DNA from: the human T2T-CHM13v2.0 reference genome, Homo sapiens
Length of the DNA stretch: 64,000 nt
Direction: 5' to 3' (one strand)
NCBI RefSeq assembly: GCF_009914755.1
Contig: NC_060928.1
Shown here in pieces: positions 1 to 15,900 of this stretch. Below the pieces are notes generated by a model. It worked only from the letters and a program-made list of their open reading frames with translations, ran no database searches and had not been told where the DNA came from. Position 1 is the stretch's first letter. Each line of letters starts with the position of its first letter. The translations under genes were made by a program, and so were the position numbers.

Positions 1-1005
1 GATTAAGGATTTCCATAAATTGAGTTTATTATTTTCTAGTTTCCATTCTTAAAAATAAATCTCTACAAATTATCTAGCAAAAAATTGTGCCATTCCTAAA
101 ACAAGAAATCAAATGGCTAATAAACATGAAAAATATTCAGCCTTGCTAGTAATTAAAAAATTCAAACTACAGTAAGATAGCCCTTGTTCATTGTCAGATT
201 GACAAAGATTTAAAAGTATCCAGGGATAGTATGGACAACTTTTGTCCCACAGAATATCCAAGAACTGTGGGACAACTACAAAAGGTGTAACTGGACACAT
301 AATGGGAGTACCAGATGGAGGAGAAACAGAGAAAAGAAGAAATATTTGAAGCAATAATTATTGAGAATTTTTCCCCAAATTAATGTCAGATACCAAGCCA
401 TAGATTCAGGAAGCTCAGAGTATACCAAGGAGGATTAATCCCTTCACCCCCTCAACCCCAAAATGAAACCAAAAAGCTACACCTAGGAATATCATTAAAA
501 CTGCAGAGAAGCAAACACAAATAAGAAAATCTTGAGCAGCCAGAGGGGGGAAAACCTTACTTACAGAGTAGCAAACGTAAAAGTTGCATCTGACCTGTCC
601 TCAGAAGCTATGCAAGCAAGAAGAGAGTAGAGTGAAATATTTAATGTATTGGGAATAAAAAAATGACCAACCTAGACTTTGGTATCCTGCAAAATTATCC
701 TGCAAGAGATAAGGGAATAAAGCCTTTCTCAAACAAGTAAAAACTGAAGGAATTTTTTGGTGGTAGATCTGCCTTGTAAGAAGTGTTAAAAGAAGTTCTT
801 CAGAAAGAAGGAAAATGATGTAGGTCAGAAACTCAAATCTGCATAAAGGATGAGCATTAGAAAAGTGGAGGTAAAATTAAAACTTTCTATTTTCTTATTC
901 TTAACTGACCTAAGAAATATCACTTTATTCAAGATAATAGCAACAATGTATCGAATGGTCATATTTTACCTGTAAGTGAAATTAATGAAAGCCATGATAA
1001 AATCA

Positions 1006-1377
<372 letters not shown>

Positions 1378-1606
1378 TTATTTGAAATTCGACTTGGACT
1401 AGTTGTGAATGTATATGGCAAACTCTAGGGAAACTTCATATGCTAACAGAGAGCACGGAATCACAGAAAATGCTCAATTAAAACCACAAAAGGCATGAAA
1501 AAGAGGAGAAGAAAAAAATAATGAGGGCAATGAATAGAAAATGGTAACAAATATGGCAGATACTAATCCAGCTATATAAATCATCACTTTAAATGTTAAT
1601 GGTCTG

Positions 1607-1736
1607 TGTCCTTGGCCTGGGTAGAGTGGCACCTAGTTGGTGGTGCCCATATTAGCCAGGGACAAAGCAACCCTTTGTTCATCCCAGCTTGGCTTTTGAT
1701 CTGTACCTATACCTGGTTCATGCCTTAGACACATGG
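1607..1736 (+). ncRNA. SNORA48: SNORA48 (ACA48) H/ACA snoRNA retrocopy
   Basis: Matches recalled ACA48 sequence; H box AAAGCA 1664-1669, ACA box 1731-1733 three nt from the end; short poly(A); 15-bp TSD aaatgt(t/c)aatggtct at 1591-1605 and 1742-1756. Confidence 0.85.
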
Positions 1737-2584
1737 AAAAAAAATGTCAATGGTCTAAATACACCAGTTAAAAAATAGAGTGGATCAAAAAAATGAGACC
1801 CAATTATATGTTGTCTATAAGAAAATCATTTGAAATGTAAAGACACATAGATTAAAAGTGAAGGGATAGGGAAAGATACATCATGGTAACCTTAATCAAA
1901 AGAAGGCTGGAGTAGCTGTATTAATTTCAGGCAAAGTAGACTTCAGAAGCAATGGAAATTATCAGGGATAATTACATAATGGAGCAATACATAATGATAG
2001 GAGGGTGAATTCTCTAAGGAGACAACAATCCTTAACATGTATGCACCTGACAATAGAGCATGAAAATATGTGAAGTAAAGCCTGATAGAACTGCAGGGAA
2101 AAAATAGATGAACACTTTATTATAGTTGGAGTTTTCAGCCCCTTCTGTCAGAAATGGACAGATCCTGCAGGCCAAAATTAGTAAGGACATCGTTGAACTC
2201 AGTGGCACCATCAGTTGACTGGAGATAATTGACACCTATGATTACTTTATCCAGTGATAGCAGAGGACACGTTTTTCTCAAGTTCACATGGAACATTCGT
2301 CAAGATAGACCACATTCTGGGCCATATATCACACCTTAAAGAATTTAAAATAATAGAAATCATACACTGTATGTTTTCAGGCCTCAATGGAATTAAACTG
2401 GAAATCAGTAACAGAGAGATAGCTGGAAAATCGCAAAATACTTGGAGATTAAACAACACACTTCTAATTAACACATGGGTCAAAGAAGAAATCTCAAGAC
2501 AAAATGAAACTACAACTTACCAAAATTTGTGGGATGCAATAAAAGCAGTGACTAGAGGGAAATTGAAAGCATTGAATCCATATA

Positions 2585-2885
2585 CAGTTGGCTGTCTATA
2601 ATGCCAGGTTTCACATCCATGGATTAAACCAGCCATGGATTGAAAATATTTGAAAAAAATATATGTGACAGAAATAATACAAGTGAAAAACTACAGCATA
2701 ACAACGATGCAGCATTTACATTGTATTAGATATAAGTAATCTAGAGGTGATTTAAATTAATGGGAGGATGTGTACTAGTTACCTGCAAACTACACCATTT
2801 CATATAAGGGACTTGAGCATCTTCAGAATTTTGTATCTTTGGAGAGTCTTGGAACCAATGCCCCACAAATACCAAGGGATGACTG
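2585..2885 (-). mobile_element. MER2-family Tigger non-autonomous DNA transposon
   Basis: CAG...CTG termini with TA TSD; MER2-like internal sequence. Confidence 0.8.
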
Positions 2886-5840
2886 TATTAAAAAACGAGA
2901 TCTAAAATTAATAATCTAAGCTTCCACCTTAGGAAACGAGAAAAAGAAGAGAAAATTAAATGCAAAGTAAGCAGCAGAAGAAAAATAATAAAAACTATAG
3001 CAGAAATCAATTAAAAACAAGAAATAGAAAAAAATCAACAAAACCAAAAGCTGATTCTTAGAAAAGATTTAAAAGCTTCTAGCCAGGCTAAGAAAAAAAT
3101 GAAGATGACACAAACTACAAATATTAGAAACAGAAGAAGGGGCATTACAAATCCCATGGACATTAAAAGAATAATAAAGGAATACTGTGAACAAGTCCAT
3201 GCCCACAAATTTGATAACCTAGGTGAAACTGACCAATTCCTTGAAATACGCAATCTAATAAAATACAAGAAGTAGGCAGTCTGAATAGGCCTATATCTAG
3301 TAAGAGGTTGAATCAATAGAAACTTTCCAAAGCAGAAAGCACCAGGCCCAGATGGGTTCACTGGTGAATTCTAACAAACATTTAAGGAAGAAATTGTGCC
3401 AGTTCTCTACAATCTCTTCCAGAAGATAGACACAGAAGGAATACTTCCTGATTCATTTTATGAGGCCAGCATTACCCTAATACCAAAACCAGACAAAGAC
3501 ATTATAAGAAAACTACTGATCATTATATCTCATGAAGATAGATGCAAAAACCCTTAACAAAATATTAGCAAATGAAAATCCAACAATATGTAAAAAGAAT
3601 TATATACCACAACCAAATGGGTCTTATTACAGATATGCAAGACTGGTTTAACATCAGAAATCAATTAGTGTAATTCATCACATCAATAGGTGAAAGAAGG
3701 AAAAATCATACCATCATATCAATAGATGCAGAAAAAACATTTAACAACAGCCAACACCCATTTATGATAAAAATGCATCAAACTAGGAATACAGGGGAAC
3801 TTAATTTGATGAAGAACATCTACAAAAAACCTATAGCTAATACACTTACTGGTCAGAAACTAGAAACCTTTTCTTGGTGGACTGGAAGTCCTAGCTAATG
3901 CAGTAGAAGGAAATAAAGAGTTTGGGAAGGAAGAAATAAGCTGTCTTTGTTCACAGGTGACATGACTGTTTATGTATAAACCCAAAAGAATTGACAAACT
4001 GCCAGAACTAGTAAGTGATTATAGTAAGGTTGCAGGATACAAGATGAATATAAGAAAGTGAATCACTTTCCTATATACTAACAATGAACAAGTGGAATGT
4101 GAAATAAAAAGCACAGTATCATTTACATTAGCACGCTCCCTCAAATTACTTATTTATAAACCTAACAATATGTGCAAGACCTATATGAGGAAAACAAAAC
4201 TGGTGAAAGAAATGGAGAGAAGTCCATGTTCATAGATAAGAAGACTTATTATTGTCAAAATCTCAGTTCTTCCCAACTTGTTCTATAGATTCAACAGAAT
4301 CCCAATACAATTCTAGCAAACTATTTTGTGAATATTGACAAGCTGATTCTAATATTTATATGGAGAAACAGAAGACCCACAATAGCCAACACAATATTGA
4401 GGGAGAAGAATAAAAGAGGACTGAGACTAACCAACCTTAAGATTTACTGTGAAGCTACAGTAATCAAGACAGTGTGATATTGGTGAAAGAATAGACAAAT
4501 AGATCAATGGAACAGAATAGAGAGTTCAGATGTTGTTTCAGGCAATTTCGATTTTCAAAGAATGAGTCTTCTATGTGTTTTAAAAAAAACAGTGAATGGG
4601 TTTTAATGTGATAGTTTTTGGCCCAACTAAAATTTGGCTCTGGGTTTAATGTGCTTTGGAGACATTTTCAGATGGTCATTAAGGATTATTGGGAAAGTAT
4701 AGAATTGGGGTTTGATATAACAAGGAACAGAAAGTATGGGCTAGAAGCATAGATGTGGGTGTGTAGGGAGGAGAGGGTAGCTGTCTTGACAAGTGGCTGG
4801 AGCTAGGAAAACAGTCCCAGTGGAATTATTGTCAGTGAGGTGCCAAATGTGCCGAGAGATAACTATTGAACAGGTGAAAATCAAGTGTCCAAAAATCCAA
4901 CTGGATTGGAGTCTTCAGCACAGCTCTCTGTCTCCACATAAGTGGGGGTGTCACAGTGTCTTCCTGAGCTTGGGCCAACCAGTTATCCAGTTTCATGAGA
5001 ATGGGAGTCCTGTCCTGCCTACTTCAAGCACCCTTTTCTTGCCAGCCAGAAAGAGGCCTATTCTATTCTACAAGTCTTTGGTCCACCACCATTCTGCTAC
5101 CCCATGAGCACAGCTCCAGGACTAGATTTGAGTTAGTGGGCTGAGAAATTCATTGTCTTGAGCTTACATGGTGGGGGATGGATATCTCTGTTATATCCAT
5201 TGTATATATGAGAAAACAGCATCAAAGCAGTCAAATAACCCGTCCAAGGTTTTAGCTTATATGTGACAATCCATGCTTGAGTTTGATTCTGACTCCAAAA
5301 TCCATATTCTTTCCACATTTCCTGGTGACTTTTGTACTCCTCTGCTAACTCCTGGTGAGTAAGAGGTATGTAAGACCAGACAGTCCCAGAGGCTGCTGCA
5401 TTATTAGAGAACGCCTATGCCAAAATGGGAGGAGGGAGGAGTTGGCTTATCTGACCCTTGTGCTTGGGTGGGGCTGCAGCACCAGCAAAGTAGATGGGGC
5501 CTGGTTGGTGTAAAACCACAGGATGCTTTGGCCTTAAGGTCCCTTTTGCCTAGCAAGATCGGCAAACCTGAAGATGACAAATCTGGGAATCCTCATTTCA
5601 TTTTTTAAAAGCTTTTTGTATTATGAAGCCTGTCTCTGCTTCTCAACTAAACTATAGGCTCATTGAGGGCAGGCACTTTCTATGTTTTTATGTCATGCTA
5701 TCATTCAGTGCTATATGCATTAAAAATTGTTAATTCTGGTTAGTGAGTGCTTCTGTAGAGATTTTAAAACTGGGCTACATGATGCCTGAATTTCTGGCAA
5801 ATGAAAAATTTTAGTAACAAAGTATAAAAGAATGTTTTAC

Positions 5841-5941
5841 CTCATCATTGTAAGTTGTAATAGTCACAAACATTCCCAAACCAGGAGCAGATTCAAGGAA
5901 CGTATGTCTGCCTATGTCCCATTGCTGTATCTTGAAAGTCC
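5841..5941 (-). pseudogene. TMED11P: TMED11P exon 2 (101 nt)
   Basis: Acceptor TTTTGAAACAG|, donor GAG|GTAAAA; phase 1 to 0 fits exon 1; PGLGMFVT motif of the TMED4/9/11 family. Confidence 0.9.
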
Positions 5942-6811
5942 CTGTTTCAAAAATGTAAGACATTACAACATGTAAGAAACAGTAATAATGTTTATTAGAT
6001 GTTACTGTTAAATTAAATGAATTTATCTTTCTCAGTTTACCTAAATCGTAAAACACTCTTAGTCTGAACAGCTATAGCTTGGTGATTAGGTATCTAACAG
6101 AGTAGAGGACTCTGGAGTATAGAGGAAGACTTGAGTTCTTCATTTCTCACTCTCGTTTACTAGGTAACTTGACAAATTATTTCACCACTCCAAGCCTCCA
6201 TTTCCTATTCAGAAAAATAGGGGTAATATAGATCCCTCTCAGATCTCAGTTGTGAGAACTGCCGAAAATAAGCCTATGAAAGGTTTCCACCTAGAATGTA
6301 AACTCCATGTGAGCTGCCACTAAGAGATGGAACTCTTGGACCTTTTCCGAAACCTCCCCAGTAGTTCTCCCTGCTTTAACTTCTTTCTCCTGTAACTTGA
6401 TCCCATACACTTCCAGCAGAATTCCTTGCTAAAATATCAGTGTAGTCATGTCAAATCTTTCGTTTCATTGTCTCCAGAGGTTTCTGCTGAAGGTTGGATC
6501 TGAAGGAGTCTCTGGCTATCTCCCATTAGTATGTGTTAGCTATCATATGACTTAACTTCCCTCATGTGCCCTTGAAAGGTACAGTGGGAATGAAAACCAG
6601 GTAACATTTGTTGGACCCATATTATGCGCCAGGCACTGTGCTAAACACTTAACATGCATCACTCTTGTATAGATTTATGTAACTATAATATGTGCTTATA
6701 AAGTACAAATATTATAAAATTTTATAAAAGTGGGAGAAAAGGCACTACACTGTCTGGGTTTGAATCCTGACTCTACTGCTTGCTAGCTATGTGGGCAAAT
6801 TAATTTTTCTA

Positions 6812-7155
<344 letters not shown>

Positions 7156-7298
7156 GTAGTATTTACCTATGTAGGGTTATTGTCATGAAGAGTCAGATGT
7201 TTGTAAATTGCTCCATTAGAATGGTGCTTGACATAGCACTGAATAAATGTGTTATATGTAAATATATATAGATAACACGTATAAATTATACATATATA

Positions 7299-7622
7299 CA
7301 GTTGTGCCTCAGTATCCATGAGGGATTGGTTCCAGGATGTCCTCAGGACACCAAAATCCACAGATGCGCAAGTTCCTTATACTAAATGGCATAGTATTTG
7401 CATATAACCTATGCACATCCTCCCATATACTTTAAATAATCACTAGATTACTTATAATGCCTAGTACTTAAATGCTGTGTAAATAGTTGTTATACTGTAT
7501 TGGGTTTTTATTTGTATTTTTATTTTTGTATTGTTATTTCTTATTATTTTTTCCCAAATATTTTCCATTTGCATTTGGCTGAATCTGCCAATGCAGAATT
7601 TGTGGATATGGAGGGCCCGCTG
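7299..7622 (+). mobile_element. MER2-family Tigger DNA transposon
   Basis: cagttgtgcctcagtatcc...ggagggcccgctg termini, TA TSD. Confidence 0.85.
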
Positions 7623-8061
7623 TATACACTCACACACTTTTTAGTAACCGAGGTGATTTTTCCCTTACTACCACATTATGTTATCTCCATCTGGAGAAAG
7701 GAAATTCCGTGCAGGGACATATGCAAAAGTCCTGAGGGCAGGAGGATGCTTGGAATATTCAAGGAGCAGCAGAATGGCTGGAGTGAGGTTAGCAGGGAAA
7801 GAATGGTAGGAGGTGGGGTTGAAAAGATAGCAGGGGCCAGATCATAGAGAGTCCCGATGTCCATTGTAAGGATTTGGGGAAGCAATTGGGTAGAGAAGTG
7901 ACATGATGTGACTTTCCTTTTAAGTTTCTTATTGTTTCTGTTATGTGGAGAAAAGGATGAAGAAGGGTCAAGGGTGGAAGCAGTGACACTATTGTAATCT
8001 AAGTGGCTTAGACTATGTGATTATAGTAGAGGTTGTAAAAAGTTGTTGGTTTCTGTACTAT

Positions 8062-9189
<1,128 letters not shown>

Positions 9190-9927
9190 TCACATAACCA
9201 AGAAGTTGTAGAGGCAGAATTAGAACTAAGGCAGTCTGATTCCAAAGCCTGGAGCTACTAGCTCCATTATCACAGTGCCTCCCTGGAAGGCAAGAGAGAG
9301 ACAATTCCCTGATAGGGCTTGAGAAGGGAATGTGAGGCTGGATATTGGCCACAAGGGCATCCCATGGAATATGTACTCTCTGGGAGACAACTAGAGGGAA
9401 CACTTCCAGGGATAAGAAAGCTGCAACTAACTTTCAAGCTCTGCCTGCACTGTAGAGTGACCTCAGTCTTAAGGCATCTTTCAAATAGTTCTGGCCCATC
9501 TCTCCCGCTCTTCCCATCCCAAAGTTTGTTAACTATATGTGTAATGTGTATTCAGTACTTTTTAGTATGATCCATTTTAAGAAGGTTTTAAAAAAGGTAT
9601 CACTGATGGTTCTGGACAAGATGGGATAGGTCCATTCTGTCCTATTTCTCCTGCTGATTTCAACTAAAAATCCTGGGCAAAATTTATAAAGCAACTACCA
9701 GACGACTCTGAAAGAAGATAGAGTGGCCAAGGACCTCAGGACTCATAGCACAACTCAGCAGTGGGTTATCTGTTTGTTTTCTTCCTCCTGTATATCCTGG
9801 TCTGGGTGCTATGGCAGTCTGCAACCTACAATTGCAGACCAAAATTTTGAAAAGAACCTAATGTCTCCAGCCAAAAGATCTGGAATAGGATGCCCTGCAA
9901 GATGAAGCTTCTTTGAGTATACCTCCC

Positions 9928-10402
9928 TGTATTAGGCTGTTCTTGCATTGCTGTAAAGAAATATCTGAGACTGGGTAATTTACAGAGAAAAAAGGTTTAA
10001 TTGGCTCATGGTTCTGCAGGCTTTACAGGAGGCATGGTGCTGGCATCTGCTTGGCTTCTAGGGAGGCCTCAGGAAGCTGACAAGCATGGTGGAAGGTGAA
10101 GGAGGAGCAGGCCATAACATAGCAAAAGGAGGAGCATCAAGACCAATGAAAGTTTCAATAAGAAATAAAAAAAGCAGGAGCAAGCAAGAGAGAGAGTGGG
10201 GGGAGATGCCACTTACTTTTAAGTGATCAGATGTTTTGTGAACTCAGAGTAAGAGCTCACTTATCACCAAGGAGATGGCCCAAGCCATTCGTGAGGAATC
10301 CACCCCCATGATCCAAATACCTTTCACCAGGCTCCACCTCCAGCACTGGGGATTAAAATTCAACATGAGATTTGGGTGGGGACAAATACCCAAACTATAT
10401 TA
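9928..10402. mobile_element. MST-family MaLR solo LTR
   Basis: tgtattaggctgttcttgcattgct...ccaaactatat termini typical of MSTA/B. Confidence 0.85.
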
Positions 10403-10745
10403 CTGCCCTACTCCAGATGAACACCTTAAAGAAATTGCACCCCTCCCACTGGATGCTTCAGCATGGAGACTGTGGGGTGGCGCCCTGTCAACATGCCCAC
10501 CGAGCACTAAGTGAAGGACAATAAAGAGTCAGTGTCTCTACACTAGAGACTTGGGGAGGATTTCAGAGAAGAGAGAACTGGAGAGAAAAATCTTTAACTC
10601 TGTGTATGAAGTCCTGAGCACACCTCTGAGCAGCTCATGCTTGAAACTGACCAGAATCAATAAAGCAGAAACTTTGAGAATTCAACTATGGTGTGGAATA
10701 CTGCCTAGGTTTCAGATTAACCTCTAGGTAGCACACAAACAGGGT

Positions 10746-11110
10746 GGATGGAATACTACTCGGCCATAAACAGAATGAATTAATGGCATTTGCAGCAACC
10801 TGGATGAGATTGGAGACTTATTCTAAGTGAAGTAACTCAAGAATGGAAAACCAAACGCTGTATGTTCTTACTCATAAGTGGAAGCTAAGCTATGAGGATG
10901 CAAAGGCATAAGAATGACATAATGGACTTCGGGGACTCGGGGGAAAGGGTGAGAAGGAGGTGAGGGATAAAAGACTACAAATTGAGTGCAGTATACACTG
11001 CTTGGGTGATGGGTGCACCAAAATCTCACAAATCACCACTAAAGAAGCTACTCGTAACCAGACACCACCTGTTCCCCAGTAACCTATGGAAAAAAATTTT
11101 TAAATAAATT
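10746..11110 (+). mobile_element. L1PB-like 3' end
   Basis: MEYYSAI/FAATWM-encoding remnant followed by gctaagctatgaggatgcaaaggcataagaatga 3' UTR. Confidence 0.8.
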
Positions 11111-11682
11111 ATAACAATGCCTGATACGCTTTTCATTGTATGCAGAGGTAATATTTAAGACAACTATGTTATAAAGAATGGGAGAGCAAAGGGACTTAAA
11201 TGGTGGTAAGGTTTCTGTATTTCTCTTGAAATGGTAAAATATTGATATTACTAGACTGATAAGGATGTGTATGATAATCCCAAGGGTAACCACAAGTAAA
11301 AATTATAGAAAAAGATAAAGCGAACAACACTATAGGTAAATCAAAATAAAGTAGTACAAAATGTTCAAATAGCCCACAGGAAGGCAGGAAATGGAAAACG
11401 GGAATAAAAAACAGGGGAAGAATAAAAATAAAATAATAAAACGGCAGACCTAAATCTTGACATCTGTAATTACATTACATGTAAGTGGTCTAAACAGACA
11501 AAGATTATCAAAATAGATTTTTTAAATGACCCAATTATAATGCAGTGTACAAGAAAATCACTTTGAATGTAGTGCTACAGGCAGGTTAAAAGTAAAAATA
11601 TGAAAAAAGATATACCACTTTGACATGGGTTTTTAAAAATCTTGAGTGCCTATATAAATATCAGACAAAGTAGGCTTCAGAG

Positions 11683-11978
11683 GGCTGGGTGTGGTGGCTC
11701 ATACCTATAATCTCAGTGCTTTGGGAGGCCGAGGCAGGAGGATTACTTGAGGCTAGGGTTTAAGACCAGCCTGGGCAACATAGCAAAACCCTGTCTCTAC
11801 AAAAAAAAATTAAAAGTTGGCCAGGTGTGGTGGCATGCACCAGTAGTTCTAGCTGCTCAGGAGGCTGAGGTGGGACGAGCCCTTGAACCTAGGAGTTCAA
11901 GGTTAACAGTGAGCTATGACTGAACCACTGTACTCCAGCCTGGGCAACAGAGTGAGGCCCTACTTAAAAAAAAAAAAA
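11683..11978 (+). mobile_element. AluJ inside an L1M ORF2 fragment (11110-12330)
   Basis: Diverged dimer, TSD aaagta..cttcagag. Confidence 0.9.
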
Positions 11979-12587
11979 GTACACTTCAGAGCAAAGAAAA
12001 TTACCAAGAATAAAGAGAGACATTACACAATAATAAAGGTATCAATTCACCAAGAAGACAACCACCCTAAATGCACCAAACAAGAGAGCTTCAAAACGTG
12101 GAGTAAAACTGACAACTGAAAGGAGGAGTAGACACATCCCTGTTTATACTTGGTACTTCTGTACTCCTCTCTTGGTACTTGATAGAACTAGACAAAATCA
12201 GCAAGGATGTGGAACAACTAATTAGCATCATCAACCAACAGGACCTACTTGCCATTTATAGAACATTCTCCTATACAGTAGAATACACATTTCTTTTAAA
12301 GTGCATTTGAGGCATTCAGCAACACAGGCAACAAAGCCCTAAAGGTGATGAGGCACCTTTGCTGAAGTAGCTGAATGTTCCTGGAGAGAAGCGCACAGTG
12401 AGGCTTTCCAAGTCACTTTCCAAATATATCACCACCTAAAAATCACAGTTATGTGTGCTCACTATTCTCTAAAACAACTGGTTCATGTGTGTCTTTTCTC
12501 CTTAGCCTCTTTCAGTACTTTCCTGCCCCTACTCCCACTTCTCAGATGGTTACCTTGTGTCTTATGGAAATGGTAAGAGTCTCCACC

Positions 12588-12931
12588 TGCTGTGGCTTGA
12601 ATGGCTCCCCTGAGCTCATGTTGCTATTTAATTGCTATTTTACCAGTATTCGGGGTGGAGTCTTCAAGAAGTGATTGGGTCATGAAGCCTTCACTCTCAT
12701 GAAGGGGTTAAAGCCATTGTGGGAGTGGGGTTCTCATCAAAAAGATAAGTTTGGCCTACTTCTCTCTCTGTCTCATGCACTGACTTGACCTTCCACCGTG
12801 GGCTGACCCTTGCCAGATGCTGGTGTCATGCTCTTGGACTCTCCTGCCTCCAGAACTGTGAGCCAAATAAACTTTATAAATTGCCAAGGCTGTGGTACTC
12901 TGTCAGAGCAGCAGAAAACAGAATAAGACAC
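12588..12931. mobile_element. MaLR LTR (MLT1A/MST-like)
   Basis: cttggactctcctgcctccagaactgtgagccaaataaac...gcagcagaaaacagaataagaca. Confidence 0.7.
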
Positions 12932-15900
12932 CATCTTTTCACCAGCAAATGTCCTAACCCCCCCACGTTTACCCTTTCTGGCTCCCGCTTGTTGGGATGG
13001 GTGGGGTTCCCTATTCTGTCAGTGGCCACCCCCTCTTATTTTATAGGATTTTGCTCTTGTTGCTGCCCCCACTTGCCCATATGGAGCTAATCTTGTCAGC
13101 ATACCCGCATGTTCTGGTGGCCCCCCTTGTCTGTATTCCGTAAGGTACTAGAGGGCAGGAAATGTATTTTATTCCTGTTTCTTTGGCTGTCTAGAGCCTG
13201 GCAGTAAACCTAGGGTGGTGTTTGGCTCCTTGGTAGGGGCTCAATACATCTTTGTGGAACGAATGAAAGTGTGTCCTACAGTACATGCTCAGCAAATGAT
13301 TTTGAATGAGTGAGTGCCAGTTGCCCCCCCTCCTCCCATTAAAATGCCAGTATTCCTGGCATACTACTTTGAGTTATCAGAATGGAGGAAGAGAATTTCT
13401 GCTTGATTTTGCCAAGATCCTCCAGCCTTAAGCACACGCCCCCTCAGGTGTCATGCGCCATGGCTGCCACTAGATGGCAGAAGAGAAGCATTGCTCCTGG
13501 GGAGAGTAAGCCTGGGGGAGCACTCAGTGCAGTGTAGATGAAATAATCGTGTAACAGGAGGTGTCTGTACAGAACGCAGATATCCACGGATGAGATGCTG
13601 TGTCTTGCTTCTCACTGCGTGGTGAGAGAGGCTGCTAGGAACTGGGATGGAGCTTACTAGCTGTGCCGTCTTGGACAAGATACCGAGCTGCTCAGTGTGT
13701 TTCCCCACCAGTAAAGCAAGTATAATCATGGCATCTCTCTTAGGGTATGAAGAATATGTGGCTTAATAGTTGTGTGCTATTTAACACAGAGATTAGCACC
13801 TTGTAAATGAAGCTCCGTGTAAGTACTTGATACATAATTCTTTACATTATTATTAGGCTTTTAACTCACAAAGTTTTTCTAGCGACATTCCCATTTAACC
13901 CCACAACCCTGTTAAGCAGGTCTAACAGTACCCAATTTTAGAGAGGAGGGGCCTGAGGCCTGAAGAGGCTGAGATGACTTATCTAAAATCCAGATAATAC
14001 GTGGCAGCTCCAAGATTGAAATTTAGCAGGGCTGATTCCCAAATTCAGGGCATTGGCCACTAAAAGCAACACCACTACTCCCTACAGACTTGGATGTGGG
14101 GTGTGTGTGTGTGTTGTAAACCAACTCCACATGTTGTTCTTGCAGAGCCTCCAGGTAGAGGCCTTACTCCTCTTGGGTGTTCAGTAAACACTGGGTGCCA
14201 GGAGCATCTAGACCCTGTGGGAGGGGAGCTGCACCAGGGATGCAGATGCTGTCCACCAGGCTGCACCTATCCTGGCCTCCCTGGTACCCTGTGCCCACCC
14301 TTGATAAGGCAGCCAGCCTTTCCCTGTGATCCCTGGCATGGCTGCCCCATTGGCTCCAGAAGATGAGTCCTTGAGGTTGGCATTGTGGGTCATTTGGGTT
14401 GGTATTAGAAAAGTAAAACATTCATTGTAGGGAGTTTAGAAAGTAAAATCTCCATTAGAAGTTTTTGGTATTTCATATTATCCTTTTAGCCTTTTTCCTG
14501 TAAGTACATTTTTATATTTTATAAAAAATGAGATCATACTGCACATACTATCCGTAGCTTGATTTTTCCACCTAATGTTTTGTGACTGTCTTTCTGTTTT
14601 AAATATTCTTCTGTAAGCTAAATTCAGGTATATTCAGAGAGCTGAAGAAAGACCCAACATTATCTTCCCAGTGTTCAGTATGGAGCTTGGCAGACACTGA
14701 GGGTCATTCTGTGTTTGAGGAAAGGATGAGGCAATGGGAGGCCCTGTGCATGGTGGTTTAAGGCAGAATTATCTGGTTGACCCTGGCTCTGGCTCTACCA
14801 CTCCCAAGCTGTGTGATCTCAGGTGACTTTACAAAACCTCTCAGAAGTAAGACGAGGATAGTAGCAGGCCCTATGTCAGGGTGGTCATGGAGATTAATCA
14901 GTGCATTCCCTGAGAACACTGCCTGCCCATGGTCATCACTCAAAATGTGCTAACTACAATTAATTCATGTCTAACTAAGACAGAATGGGGTAAGTGACAG
15001 AAGAGGGATGATGTTTACTTAATTTCTTCAATGCCTCCTTATTGATCTTAGAATGAAATCCAGATTCACTAAAGAGTTCCTCAGTCCTCTAGGACCTGGC
15101 CCTTTTTTCTCATTGATCATACTGCCTGCTCCTATTCTGAGGGTAACAGGAACCTCGAGGAGGGTAAGTGACATTTAGACTGAGACTCCAAGGGTGAGGG
15201 GAGACTTCCAGGCTGGGGGACGGGGTCTGTAAATTCCCACTGTCATGTGGGAGGAAAGATCATCCAGCGGGTCCTGAAGTTGGCTGCACGTTGGCGTCAT
15301 CTGGGGACCTTTACATGCTGCTGATGCTCAGCTTCTGCGCCACATGCTCTGATTTAGTTGATGAGGTGCAGACCTGGGCATAGAAAGCAGTTGCTTTCAA
15401 GAGTAGCTGTGAACATGGTGATCTCTTCTAGAATGTCCCCATTTCCCAGGAGGATATTCTGTTTCCCTATAACGTTTTGAAGAGTCTCAGTAGAAGCAGC
15501 CTGTTTTTGACAAAAAGATCGTCAGAGTACAGCTCAGCACATTCTCACAGACAGAATCGCCCTGGTCCAGACATCGTCAGCATCCTGGAAGCTGCCATGC
15601 CACCTATCACTACCCCCACCAAGGGAGCCACTACGCTGACTTCTAAATACAGATTATTTTTGTCTGTTGTTGTGCTTTATATAAAAATGTATGCTCTGTG
15701 TCTGGCTTCTTTTAATCGACATTTCGTGAGTGCCGTCTGTGTTGCTGTATGCCCATGTAGATCACTGTCATTGCTGTTTAATACTGCATTTTTGAATATA
15801 CAACTATTCTTATACATTTGCCTATTGATGGGCATGTAGGCAGTGTCCAGTTTGTGGCTATTTCACATCGTGCTGCTATGAAGACTCTCGTGCATGTCTT

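Noticed and set aside
4530-5840. Search for TMED11P exon 3 (expected ...LYGxQGTFYFTSH...)
   Set aside because: Not found by eye in the non-repeat sequence; presumably left of the window.
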